DNA from: Labedella phragmitis
GTDB taxonomy: Bacteria > Actinomycetota > Actinomycetes > Actinomycetales > Microbacteriaceae
Direction of reading: 5' to 3'
Length of the DNA: 24,000 nucleotides
Assembly: GCF_004078635.1 (NCBI RefSeq)
Contig: NZ_RZNB01000003.1
Location: 475,866 to 499,865 of the forward strand
Both the position numbers and the translations under genes were made by a program. Position 1 is the stretch's first letter. Each line of letters begins with the position of its first letter. Shown one piece after another: positions 1 through 8,306 of this stretch. A model generated the notes under the pieces. It saw only the letters and a program-made list of their open reading frames with translations, did no database searches and was not told the DNA's origin.

Positions 1-1
1 A

Positions 2-388
2 GGTGTCTTCGCGCTGCTCATCTTCAACGACGCTCTCGCCCCGTTCCTCCTCCAAGCCCCACTGTCATCGCGACTCCTGCACTTCGTACTGCCCGTGTAC
101 GCGGTCCTCGACTTCGTGCTCCTCAGTCCGCGTCGGGTTCCGCTGAAGGCCGCGTGGCTGTCGCTCGCGTTCCCCATCGCTTGGGCCGTCTACACGCTCG
201 TCAGGGGACGGTCGGCGAACTGGTATCCGTACTTCTTCCTCAACCCGGACGCCGCCGGCGGTTACGGCATGATCAGCGTCTACGCTGCGGCCCTCTCAGC
301 CGTCATCCTGGTCGTGACGGCCACCCTCACCCTCGCCCTCGAGGTCCGATTCCGTCGACGAGGGGCCGCGCCGTCGCCCTCCGCCTGA
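2..388 (+). CDS. Pr6Pr / FAR-17a-AIG1-like integral membrane protein, C-terminal part (5' end outside window)
   Basis: Frame 2 is open from the window edge (GVFALLIFNDALAPFLLQ...) into the 95..388 ORF. The product is hydrophobic and multi-pass, with LHFVLPVYAVLDF and WYPYFFLNP segments that I recognise from memory as Pr6Pr-type. Stop at 386-388. Confidence 0.55.
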   Translation, partial: GVFALLIFNDALAPFLLQAPLSSRLLHFVLPVYAVLDFVLLSPRRVPLKAAWLSLAFPIAWAVYTLVRGRSANWYPYFFLNPDAAGGYGMISVYAAALSAVILVVTATLTLALEVRFRRRGAAPSPSA

Positions 389-459
389 CCTAAGCTGACT
401 CGAGGTGAGCCGGGAAGCCTGGTCGGCATGTGATTCCCGCGCCCAGAAGGAGCCGACTC

Positions 460-1875
460 ATGACATCTCCCTTCCGCCCCAGTTCGGCTGCGCCGCTCGG
501 CACGGGTCTCTCGCGCTCCTTCGGACAACGCGTCGCGCTCTGGATCGGCGACGCCGCCAAGAAGACGCCCGCTCGGACGGCGGCTCTCGTCTTCATCCTC
601 GCCGCGGTTCTCTTCACAATCCTCCTCTCCCTGCCGGCGGCGTCGGCCGACGGCCGGCCCACTCCCCTCCACGACGCCATGTTCACGGCGGTCTCCGCGG
701 TCACCGTGACGGGCCTCGTGACCGTGGACACGGCCACGCACTGGTCGTTCTTCGGGCAGGCGATCATCCTCGTCGCGATCCAGACGGGCGGACTCGGCAT
801 CGTGACGATCGCGCTCCTCCTCGCGCGTGCGGTCAGCCGCCGCCTCGGCGTGAAGAGCAAGGTCTTCGCGCAGCAGAGCATCGGCTCGTCGGGTCTCGGC
901 GAGGTGGGGAGCCTGCTCCGGATCGTCGTCCTCACAACACTGACGATCGAGGCGGCCCTCGCCGTGGTCCTGGTGCCCCGCTTCATGATCGTCGACGAGA
1001 AGTGGTGGGAGGGGCTCTGGCACGGCGTGTTCTACGCCGTCTCGGCGTTCAACAACGCGGGGTTCGCCTCGAACATCGGCGGGCTCGCCGCCTACGGCCC
1101 GGATCTCTGGACCCTCGTACCCATCATGATCGGCGTGTTCGTTGGGAGCTTCGGCTTCCCCGTCTTCCTCACGATCATCACGCACCGGTTCACCAGGGCG
1201 AGATGGACGCTGCACACCAAACTCACGCTCTCCGTCACGACGATGCTGCTCGTCGCGGGTGCCGTCGCGTGGGGAGCGCTCGAGTGGAACAACACCGGCA
1301 CCGTCGGCGAGCTCGGCGTCGGTGACAAGATCTTCCACGCGCTCTTCTCGTCGGTCATGATGCGTTCAGGTGGTTTCGCGCTCACCGACACGGGCGAGTC
1401 GCTACCCGCGACGCTGCTCGCGACCGACGCGCTCATGTTCGTCGGCGGCGGTTCGGCTTCCACGGCCGGGGGCATCAAGGTCGCGACGATCGCCGTCCTG
1501 TTCCTGGCGATCGTCGCGGAGGCTCGCGGAGACAAGCACGTCCGAGCGGCGAATCGCACGATCCCCGATGCAACGCTGCGGCTCGCAATCAGCGTCACGT
1601 TCCTGGGTGCGACCCTCGTGCTGAGCGCGACAGCGCTGCTCATGCTCGTGACCGATGCGCCACTCGACCGCATCCTCTTCGAAGTCATCTCAGCCTTCGC
1701 GACATGCGGCCTCTCCGTCGGGCTGAGCGAAGAACTGCACCCGTTCGGAAAGTACGTCTTGAGCGCCCTCATGGTGGCGGGCCGCATCGGACCCGCCGGT
1801 CTCGCGGCCGCGCTCGCGGTTCGGCAGCGTACCCTCCTCTACGACGTCCCGGAGGAGCGACCGATCATCGGGTGA
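460..1875 (+). CDS. trkH: TrkH-family potassium uptake protein
   Basis: Multi-TM protein with repeated pore-loop architecture and TrkH/KtrB-type motifs (GGSASTAGGIKV, RSGGFALTDTG, NNAGF). An AAGGAG Shine-Dalgarno lies 7 nt before ATG 460, so 460 is preferred over the in-frame GTG at 430. No trkA/ktrA gene in the window. Confidence 0.85.
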   Translation: MTSPFRPSSAAPLGTGLSRSFGQRVALWIGDAAKKTPARTAALVFILAAVLFTILLSLPAASADGRPTPLHDAMFTAVSAVTVTGLVTVDTATHWSFFGQAIILVAIQTGGLGIVTIALLLARAVSRRLGVKSKVFAQQSIGSSGLGEVGSLLRIVVLTTLTIEAALAVVLVPRFMIVDEKWWEGLWHGVFYAVSAFNNAGFASNIGGLAAYGPDLWTLVPIMIGVFVGSFGFPVFLTIITHRFTRARWTLHTKLTLSVTTMLLVAGAVAWGALEWNNTGTVGELGVGDKIFHALFSSVMMRSGGFALTDTGESLPATLLATDALMFVGGGSASTAGGIKVATIAVLFLAIVAEARGDKHVRAANRTIPDATLRLAISVTFLGATLVLSATALLMLVTDAPLDRILFEVISAFATCGLSVGLSEELHPFGKYVLSALMVAGRIGPAGLAAALAVRQRTLLYDVPEERPIIG

Positions 1876-2015
1876 GCCTTCGCCGCCATCACGAACGGCT
1901 AACGACCGAGACCCTGTGACACCTCCACCATCGTCGCCGTTGTTAGGGTTGTTCGCCGTACGCAAACGCTCGACAGATACAGAACGCACGACGACATACG
2001 AAACGCGAGGACCGG

Positions 2016-3935
2016 ATGGTCGACACTCGAAAACTCCCGGGCGCACCGAAGCCGAAACCCGATCCGGTGAAATCGGTTCTCCACGAGGTGAACGATCCGG
2101 GGATGATCCCGGTCCACCCCGCCCTCATCCCCGGCATCGGCGTCGAGAAGACCGGTCGGACCTTCCCGACGAATTGGGTCGTCCTCGCGATAGCGAGCGC
2201 ACTCGTCCTCGCCGTCGTCATCTGGGGCTTCGCCGCTCCGGAGAGCATCAGTGCCGCGGGCGGAACATCGCTCGCGTGGGTCACCACGAACTTCGGCTGG
2301 CTCTTCTCGGCGCTCGCGATCGCGGTCATCGTCTTCATGCTGTGGGTGGGCTACAGCCGCACGGGCGGAATCCGGCTCGGCTCCGACGACGAGAAGCCCG
2401 AATACACGACGGTGTCGTGGATCGCGATGCTGTTCTCGGCGGGAATGGGTATCGGCCTGCTGTTCTGGGGACCCGCCGAGCCCCTCACGTTCTTCAACGC
2501 GCCACCACCGGGCACGACGGTCGAGGCCGGCACCGTGAACGCCATGAACACCGCTCTGGCGCAATCGTTCCTGCACTGGGGTCCGATGGCCTGGGGCTTC
2601 TACGCCCTCGTCGGCGGAGCCATCGCGTACGCCGCGTACCGCCGGGGCCGTTCGCCGCTGATCTCCGCGATCTTCATGCCGATCTTCGGCTCGCGCACGG
2701 AAGGACCCGTCGGCGCGGTCATCGACGTCTTCGCGATCATCGTGACCCTTTTCGGCACCGCCGTCACTCTCGGGATGGGAGCGCTGCAGATCGGGCGCGG
2801 CGTCGAGTACGTGAGCGGAATCGGTCCGCTCGGCAACGGATTCCTCGTCCTGACGATCACGATCCTGACCGCGCTCTTCGTGGTCTCCGCCGTCTCGGGG
2901 ATCAAGCGAGGCATCCGACTCCTGTCGAACATCAACATGGTGCTGGCCGGGATCATCGGTGTCTTCATCTTCATCGCCGGCCCCACTCTGTTCCTCTTGA
3001 ACCTCATCCCCGCCGCGATGATCGACTTCTTCCGGGAGCTCGGCACGATGCTCGTGCGGAACCCGACCCAGGGCGAGACGGCGTCGGCATTCATGTCGAG
3101 TTGGACGACCTACTACTGGGCCTGGTGGATCTCGTGGACGCCGTTCGTCGGCATGTTCATCGCGAAGATCTCGCGCGGGCGCACCCTGCGGGAGTTCGTG
3201 ACCGTCGTGATCATGGTGCCGTCGCTCGTGTGCGTCGTCTGGTTCGGCATCATGGGCGGCACGACGATGTGGCTCGAGCAGGGCGGCGCGGCCATCAGCG
3301 ACGCCGGCGGCTCGGACGCCGTGTTGTTCGCCGTCTTCGACCAGCTGCCGTTCGGCGCGATCGCCTCCGTCGTCGCCATGCTCTCCATCGTGATCTTCTT
3401 CGTGACGTCCGCTGATTCGGCCGCGATCGTCATGGGGTCGATGAGCCAGCGCGGTAAGCCGGAGCCCTCGACCTGGGTCACCATCGTGTGGGGTCTCCTC
3501 CTCGGGGCCGGAGCGCTCGCCTTGCTTCTCGCGGGAGGGGAGACAGCGCTCAGCGGGCTGCAATCGATCATGGTCGTGACGGCCCTCCCGTTCGCGTTCA
3601 TCGTCATCGGGATCATGCTGGCGTGGGCGAAGGAATTGCGGACGGATCCGTATGTACTCCGTCAGCGCTTCGCCACGACGGCCATCTCGCAAGGCGTGAG
3701 GCGAGGGATCGAGGAACACGGCGACGACTTCGTCTTCGGCGTCAGCGAGGTGGAGGCGGACAAGGGCGCCGGTGCCTGGCTCGACACGGAGGACCCTGTT
3801 CTCAGCGACTGGTACACGTCGGCGACGACGGGCGCGATCGATCACGTGATCGTTCCGGACGGCACGACGATCCCGCCGAAGCAGACCGAGGACGGCGCAC
3901 CCGATACGAAAACCACTCCCACCACAGGGGTCTGA
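2016..3935 (+). CDS. BCCT-family (betaine/carnitine/choline) transporter
   Basis: 639 aa with 12 predicted TM segments. Carries the BCCT tryptophan-box signature WTTYYWAWWISWTPFVGMFIAKISRGRTLREF. GAGGA SD 5 nt before the ATG. Long hydrophilic C-terminal tail. Confidence 0.9.
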   Translation: MVDTRKLPGAPKPKPDPVKSVLHEVNDPGMIPVHPALIPGIGVEKTGRTFPTNWVVLAIASALVLAVVIWGFAAPESISAAGGTSLAWVTTNFGWLFSALAIAVIVFMLWVGYSRTGGIRLGSDDEKPEYTTVSWIAMLFSAGMGIGLLFWGPAEPLTFFNAPPPGTTVEAGTVNAMNTALAQSFLHWGPMAWGFYALVGGAIAYAAYRRGRSPLISAIFMPIFGSRTEGPVGAVIDVFAIIVTLFGTAVTLGMGALQIGRGVEYVSGIGPLGNGFLVLTITILTALFVVSAVSGIKRGIRLLSNINMVLAGIIGVFIFIAGPTLFLLNLIPAAMIDFFRELGTMLVRNPTQGETASAFMSSWTTYYWAWWISWTPFVGMFIAKISRGRTLREFVTVVIMVPSLVCVVWFGIMGGTTMWLEQGGAAISDAGGSDAVLFAVFDQLPFGAIASVVAMLSIVIFFVTSADSAAIVMGSMSQRGKPEPSTWVTIVWGLLLGAGALALLLAGGETALSGLQSIMVVTALPFAFIVIGIMLAWAKELRTDPYVLRQRFATTAISQGVRRGIEEHGDDFVFGVSEVEADKGAGAWLDTEDPVLSDWYTSATTGAIDHVIVPDGTTIPPKQTEDGAPDTKTTPTTGV

Positions 3936-3946
3936 CCCGATCGAAA

Positions 3947-3982
3947 GAGAACGCCGCGGGCACATGTGCTCGCGGCGTTCTC
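3947..3982. terminator. Near-perfect 36-nt palindrome between convergent BCCT and SulP genes (probable bidirectional intrinsic terminator)
   Basis: GAGAACGCCGCGGGCACA/TGTGCTCGCGGCGTTCTC. All positions pair except one G-T, which is a G.U wobble in the + strand RNA. It sits 12 nt after the BCCT stop and 12 nt from the SulP stop. No U-tract. Confidence 0.6.
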
Positions 3983-3993
3983 GCGTTCCCGGC

Positions 3994-5511
3994 CTACTCG
4001 CCGCCGAGGTGCCCCGCGAGGCGACCGTGCATGCTCGCGCTCGCGTCGTTCATCCCCTCGATGACGACGCGCTTGCCGTGGCGTTCGTACTTCGTGACGA
4101 TCGCGTCGAGCGCGGCGACCGTCGACGCGTCCCACACGTGCGAACCGGACAGGTCGATCACGACCCGCTCCGGATCCTCCGCGTAGGAGAACTGGGTCGT
4201 GAGGTCGTTGCTCGAGGCGAAGAACAGCTCCCCAGTGACCCGGTAGGACGCCGTCGGCACAGCACCATCTTCGTCGATGGTGCGCTCGACGGTCGCGAAG
4301 TGGGCGACGCGTCGCGCGAACACGACCATCGCCGCGACGACACCGATGATCACACCGATCGCGAGGTTGTGGGTGACGACCACGACGGCGACCGTCGCGA
4401 CCATGACGACCGTCTCGCCGAGCGGCATGCGTCGCAGCGTGGACGGGCGGATGCTGTGCCAGTCGAACGTGCCGACCGACACCATGATCATGACCGCGAC
4501 GAGAGCGGCCATCGGGATGATCGCGACGAGGTCGCCGAGCACGACGACGAGGATGAGGAGGAAGACTCCCGCGAGGAACGTGGAGATTCGGGTCCTGGCT
4601 CCCGAGACCTTCACGTTGATCATCGTCTGACCGATCATCGCGCAGCCGCCCATACCGCCGAACAGCCCGGACAGGACGTTCGCCGCTCCCTGCCCGAGCG
4701 ACTCACGCGTCTTCCCCGAAGGGGTGTCCGTGATGTCGTCGACGAGCTTCGCCGTCATGAGCGACTCGAGCAGGCCGACGAGCGCCATCGCGAGCGCGAA
4801 CGGCGCGATGATCGTGAACGTCTCCCACGTGAGCGGCACGTTCGGGATGAAGAGTTCGGGAAGGCTCCGGGGCAGCTCGCCCTGATCCCCGACCGTCGGC
4901 ACGTTGATCGCCGTAACGACGACCGCGACGGTGATGAGCACGATCGCGACGAGCGGCGCCGGAACGGCCTTCGTGAGCCGCGGCATGAGCACCATGATGA
5001 CGATGCCGATCGCGACGAGCGGGTAGACGAGCCACGGCACCCCGATGAGGTGCGGCAGCTGGGCCGAGAAGATGAGGATCGCGAGTGAGTTGACGAATCC
5101 GACCATGACGCTCCGCGGGATGAAGCGCATGAGCTTCGCGACGCCGAGGAGCCCGAGCACGAGCTGGAAGAGTCCAGCGAGGATCACGGTCGCGATGAAG
5201 TAGTCCATCCCGTACTCTCGCGCGACAGGCGCGATGACGAGCGCGACAGCTCCTGTCGCGGCCGAGATCATCGCGGGCCGTCCCCCGAGGAACGCGATCG
5301 TGACCGCCATGACGAACGACGAGAACAAGCCGACCCGCGGATCGACGCCCGCGATGATCGAGAACGAGATCGCCTCGGGGATGAGCGCGAGCGCGACCAC
5401 GAGTCCAGCGAGCACCTCCCGCGTGAGGATGCGGGGGGTGCGCAGCGCGGTGAGGACGGACGGCTCCGCTCGGTACCGTTCGCGAGAGGTAGTCTTCGTG
5501 CCGATGGACAT
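3994..5511 (-). CDS. SulP-family inorganic anion transporter with C-terminal STAS domain
   Basis: 505 aa. N-terminal LAGLVVALALIPEAISFSIIAGV and a multi-TM core typical of SulP. C-terminal STAS-like segment (YRVTGELFFASSNDL...VVIDLSGSHVWDASTVAALDAIV). GGAG SD 7 nt upstream of the ATG. Confidence 0.9.
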   Translation of the reverse strand: MSIGTKTTSRERYRAEPSVLTALRTPRILTREVLAGLVVALALIPEAISFSIIAGVDPRVGLFSSFVMAVTIAFLGGRPAMISAATGAVALVIAPVAREYGMDYFIATVILAGLFQLVLGLLGVAKLMRFIPRSVMVGFVNSLAILIFSAQLPHLIGVPWLVYPLVAIGIVIMVLMPRLTKAVPAPLVAIVLITVAVVVTAINVPTVGDQGELPRSLPELFIPNVPLTWETFTIIAPFALAMALVGLLESLMTAKLVDDITDTPSGKTRESLGQGAANVLSGLFGGMGGCAMIGQTMINVKVSGARTRISTFLAGVFLLILVVVLGDLVAIIPMAALVAVMIMVSVGTFDWHSIRPSTLRRMPLGETVVMVATVAVVVVTHNLAIGVIIGVVAAMVVFARRVAHFATVERTIDEDGAVPTASYRVTGELFFASSNDLTTQFSYAEDPERVVIDLSGSHVWDASTVAALDAIVTKYERHGKRVVIEGMNDASASMHGRLAGHLGGE

Positions 5512-5660
5512 CAGGGGGCTCCAGTACGAGTCGGGTCCTCAGCGCGAGGACCGATGGGGAAGAGTGGGTCCGGCGCTTCGTCGCGCTATCGGCGCATGCA
5601 CGAACAGCACGCGGCAAGATGGGGAGGTGCTCGGCTCGATCAGCCGGCACGCAGTACTCT

Positions 5661-5676
5661 ACCCTAACGTAAGGGT
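5661..5676. promoter_or_regulatory. Candidate MerR-type operator (16-bp imperfect palindrome) in the sulP/merR divergent region
   Basis: ACCCTAACGTAAGGGT pairs at 7 of 8 positions. On the minus strand it fills the 18-nt spacer between a -35-like TTCAAG (5685-5680) and a -10 TAGAGT (5661-5656) that faces the SulP gene. Confidence 0.4.
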
Positions 5677-5685
5677 TGACTTGAA

Positions 5686-6072
5686 GTGAGGCCAGGCGTG
5701 ACCACCGAACCGACCACCATGCACATCGGCGAACTCGCCGAACGCACCGGCCTGTCTCTGCGCACCCTGCGGCACTACGACGAGGTCGGCCTCGTGAGTG
5801 CGTCCGGCCGCACCGAGGGCGGCTTCCGCCTCTACACGCAGGACGACTACGACCGGTTGATCCTGATCCGCCGCATGAAGCCCCTCGGCTTCACGCTCGA
5901 GGAGATGGCCGAGCTCCTCGACATCATCGACACGATGCGCGGAACACCCGATGCCGCGTCACGCGCCGCTCTCGAGCGCTTCGTCGCCGAGGCCGCCGAC
6001 CGTCGCGCGAAGCTCCAGCAGCAGTTGGCGATGGCGGACGAGTTCATCGAACTGCTCGCATCGCACCGCTGA
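5686..6072 (+). CDS. MerR-family transcriptional regulator
   Basis: Contains the HTH MHIGELAERTGLSLRTLRHYDEVGLV followed by a coiled-coil region. There are no Cys residues, so it is not a metal or redox Cys-type sensor. Start is ambiguous: GTG 5686, GTG 5698 (GAGG 6 nt upstream) or ATG 5719. Confidence 0.85.
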   Translation: MRPGVTTEPTTMHIGELAERTGLSLRTLRHYDEVGLVSASGRTEGGFRLYTQDDYDRLILIRRMKPLGFTLEEMAELLDIIDTMRGTPDAASRAALERFVAEAADRRAKLQQQLAMADEFIELLASHR

Positions 6073-6174
6073 AATCGACGAGTGGCCATGAGAACCACCA
6101 TGCCGTGACCCCGTCCGTTCATCGCGGCCTTCATCGGACGTGCCCTCGACTCCCCGGGAGCGGCGGACGCCGAG

Positions 6175-7407
6175 TCAGGCGGCGGGGGCCTCGCCTTGAC
6201 CTGTCGTCCCGCGCCGACGCGGGCCCAGCACGCCCGCGAGGAAGAGCGTCACCACGCCGGCGAGCGGCACGAGGACGAGCCCGACGCGCAGGCTCGAGGC
6301 ATCCGCGATGAGGCCGACGATGGGCGGCGAGAGCAGGAAGCCGAGCCGCATGAGCCACGACACGATCGTGAGCCCCGTGCCCGCGCGGAGCCCGGGGATC
6401 CCGTCCGCCTGGTGCATCGCCGCGGGGATGAGGGTCGCGACGCCGAAGCCCGCTGCGGCGAATCCGGCGATCGTGCCCGGAACGGACGGGAAGAGCAACG
6501 CCGAGCCCATCCCGACCGCGGCGATGACGCCGCCGACACGGGCGACCGCGACCTGGCCGAAGCGGTTGACGAACCCGTCGCCGAGAAGCCGGCCCACGAA
6601 CTGCGCGCCGACGAGAGCGATGAATCCCCACGCGGCGACGGCGGAGGATGCGGCGAGGTCTCGGTCCAGGTAGAGCGTCGCCCACGAGAAGCCGGCATCC
6701 TCGACGACGATCCCGGAGATCGCGACGGCGACGAGTGCGAGCAGGAGGAGGACGGTGCGCGGCCTGAGCCCCGCGCGCGCTGCGGCACCCGGGGTCGTGT
6801 CGACCTCCGCGGCGTCGTCGGTGTCCGGCCCGGGGAGACAGAACCGGAGGGCGACGAGCGCGACGACGGCGAAGATCGCGGCCGAGATCGGCAGGTGCAC
6901 CTGGCGGGGCACGCCGAGGGCGATGGCCCCGGCCGCCATGACGCCGCCGAGCACGGCACCGATGGACCACGTCGCATGGAAGGAGTTGAGGATCGACCGG
7001 CCGTACCGCCGCTGCACCCGCAACCCGTGGGAATTCTGTGCGACGTCGGTGATCGAGTCGAGAGCACCCGAGATCAGGAGCGCTGCGGCGAAGAGGGCGA
7101 GCGACGGCGCGAAGGCGACGACGACCGTCGCGAGGGCCGTGAGCATCGTTCCGGCGACGGCCGCGCGCGCGGAACCGAAGCGCCGGAGGACCGCCGCCGC
7201 ACCGAGACCCGCGATGATCGCACCGGCAGCCGACGCGGCGATCGCGATGCCGTACGCAGCGTTGTCGACGCCGAGGTCGGCCTTGATCTCGGGGTAGCGC
7301 GGAACGACGTTCGCGATGAGTGCCCCGTTGGTGAGGAAGAGGGCGTTGACCGCGGCTCGAGCCCGGCGTTCCTGGCGAGACGGGCCGGGGGGAGGTGCAG
7401 CAGCCAT
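6175..7407 (-). CDS. MFS transporter
   Basis: 410 aa, about 12 hydrophobic segments, Gly/Ala-rich helices typical of the MFS. TACGCT lies 7 nt upstream of ATG 7407 on the minus strand, which suggests a leaderless transcript. Confidence 0.8.
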   Translation of the reverse strand: MAAAPPPGPSRQERRARAAVNALFLTNGALIANVVPRYPEIKADLGVDNAAYGIAIAASAAGAIIAGLGAAAVLRRFGSARAAVAGTMLTALATVVVAFAPSLALFAAALLISGALDSITDVAQNSHGLRVQRRYGRSILNSFHATWSIGAVLGGVMAAGAIALGVPRQVHLPISAAIFAVVALVALRFCLPGPDTDDAAEVDTTPGAAARAGLRPRTVLLLLALVAVAISGIVVEDAGFSWATLYLDRDLAASSAVAAWGFIALVGAQFVGRLLGDGFVNRFGQVAVARVGGVIAAVGMGSALLFPSVPGTIAGFAAAGFGVATLIPAAMHQADGIPGLRAGTGLTIVSWLMRLGFLLSPPIVGLIADASSLRVGLVLVPLAGVVTLFLAGVLGPRRRGTTGQGEAPAA

Positions 7408-7479
7408 ATGTACGAGCGTACGGCGTGTCGGACGGCGCCGATCACGGCCCGGCCCCGAGCCCGTCGAATGGCAGCCGTG

Positions 7480-7875
7480 TCAGTCGGCGGCGGTGTACTG
7501 GGCGAGTTGGACGAGGTTGCCCACCGTGTCGTCGAGGACCGCGACGGTCACCGGCCCCATGTCGACGGGCTGCTGCGTGAACACGACGCCGAGCGCACTC
7601 AGCCGCTCGTACTCCGCATGGATGTCCTCGACCCCGAAGACGCAGAAGGGGATCCCGTCGGCGGCGAGCGCGTCCGTGAACGGGACGACGGCCGGGTGGT
7701 CCTTCGGCTCGAGCGAGATCTGCGTGCCCGCCGGGTCCTCCGGCGACACCACAGTGAGCCACCGGTGCTCGCCCATCGGGACGTCCGCAGCGGTCTGGAA
7801 ACCGAGGACGCCTCCGTAGAAGTCGAGGGCCTTCTGCTGGTCGTCGACGAAGATGGATACGGCTTGGAGCTTCAT
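7480..7875 (-). CDS. VOC-family (glyoxalase/bleomycin-resistance/dioxygenase fold) protein
   Basis: MKLQAVSIFVDDQQKALDFYGGVLGF... is a typical VOC N-terminus. The 193-aa track ORF was trimmed to the ATG at 7875, which overlaps the ArsR stop (ATGA at 7872-7875). Confidence 0.8.
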   Translation of the reverse strand: MKLQAVSIFVDDQQKALDFYGGVLGFQTAADVPMGEHRWLTVVSPEDPAGTQISLEPKDHPAVVPFTDALAADGIPFCVFGVEDIHAEYERLSALGVVFTQQPVDMGPVTVAVLDDTVGNLVQLAQYTAAD

Positions 7876-8153
7876 TGCGGCGCCTCCTTGGCGGGCCACC
7901 GCTCGGCGATCTGCGCGAGCGGGCGGGTGTCGATCGTGTGGAACGTGTAGCGGCCGCGCTTCTCCCGACGCACGAGACCTGCGGCCTCGAGGACGTCGAG
8001 ATGCTGCGACACCGCCTGCCGCGACGAGGTCACGGCGTGACGCATCGCGAGCCGGGAGCACAGCTCGAAGAGCGTCTGCTCGTCACGCTCGCTCAGCTCG
8101 TCGAGGATGGCCCGGCGCGTCTCGTCGGCGATCGCCTTGAAGACATCGGCCAT
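7872..8153 (-). CDS. ArsR/SmtB-family transcriptional regulator
   Basis: MADVFKAIADETRRAILDEL...SRQAVSQHLDVLEAAGLV is a winged-HTH of ArsR type. The start at ATG 8153 is supported by promoter geometry (see the 8160..8189 feature). Confidence 0.85.
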   Translation of the reverse strand: MADVFKAIADETRRAILDELSERDEQTLFELCSRLAMRHAVTSSRQAVSQHLDVLEAAGLVRREKRGRYTFHTIDTRPLAQIAERWPAKEAPQ

Positions 8154-8159
8154 GCGTCG

Positions 8160-8189
8160 AGTATAGGCAAGTGTCCACTTGCCTATCAA
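8160..8189 (-). promoter_or_regulatory. arsR promoter with embedded perfect 24-bp palindromic operator
   Basis: Minus strand reads TTGATA (8189-8184), an 18-nt spacer, TATACT (8165-8160), 6 nt, then ATG 8153. The perfect palindrome ATAGGCAAGTG-TC-CACTTGCCTAT (8163..8186) spans from the -35 into the -10. Confidence 0.6.
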
Positions 8190-8306
8190 GGGATATCTCA
8201 GGGGGACGTCTCAGCAGGAGCCGAGGGGTGATCCACTCCGACGATGGTGGGCGTCGAGTGCGACGACAGCTTGCCGATCGTGGGCCTCAGCCGCTTCACT
8301 GGGGTG

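Noticed and set aside
430-459. Upstream GTG start for TrkH. Similar N-terminal extensions appear in track ORFs 7480..8061, 7872..8189, 8244..8657, 8741..9895, 9739..10269, 9902..10720, 13673..14677, 16984..17703, 17686..19494 and 19600..20298.
   Set aside because: The extensions overlap neighbouring genes or promoters, have shadow-frame composition, and have better-supported internal starts (an SD, a TAnnnT-N6/7 leaderless signature, or 4-nt stop/start coupling).
1876-2015. Possible riboswitch (for example c-di-AMP/ydaO-type) in the lower-GC leader of the BCCT gene, and in the short trkH leader at 389..459.
   Set aside because: I could not find the conserved helices or sequence blocks of any riboswitch class I know. 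A covariance-model scan would be needed, so no feature is called.
1899-3965. 688-aa minus-strand ORF. Similar long ORFs occur at 280..1338(-), 3964..5088(+), 6196..7950(+), 8211..9662(-), 11529..14162(-), 14117..15253(-), 16058..17326(+), 17196..18800(+), 18211..19458(-) and 22213..23400(+).
   Set aside because: Each lies antisense to, or out of frame with, a gene that has clear family motifs. Their translations are monotonous R/D/E/G/H/P-rich strings typical of shadow ORFs in high-GC DNA. None shows recognisable domains.
3947-3982. The outer arms of the terminator palindrome (GAGAACG...CGTTCTC) are the same 7-mers as the TetR operator half-sites at 20210-20260.
   Set aside because: The arms are 22 nt apart rather than 2, the site lies between two convergent stop codons, and it is 16 kb from tetR. 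This is most likely coincidence. It is only worth revisiting if a genome-wide motif search or ChIP says otherwise.
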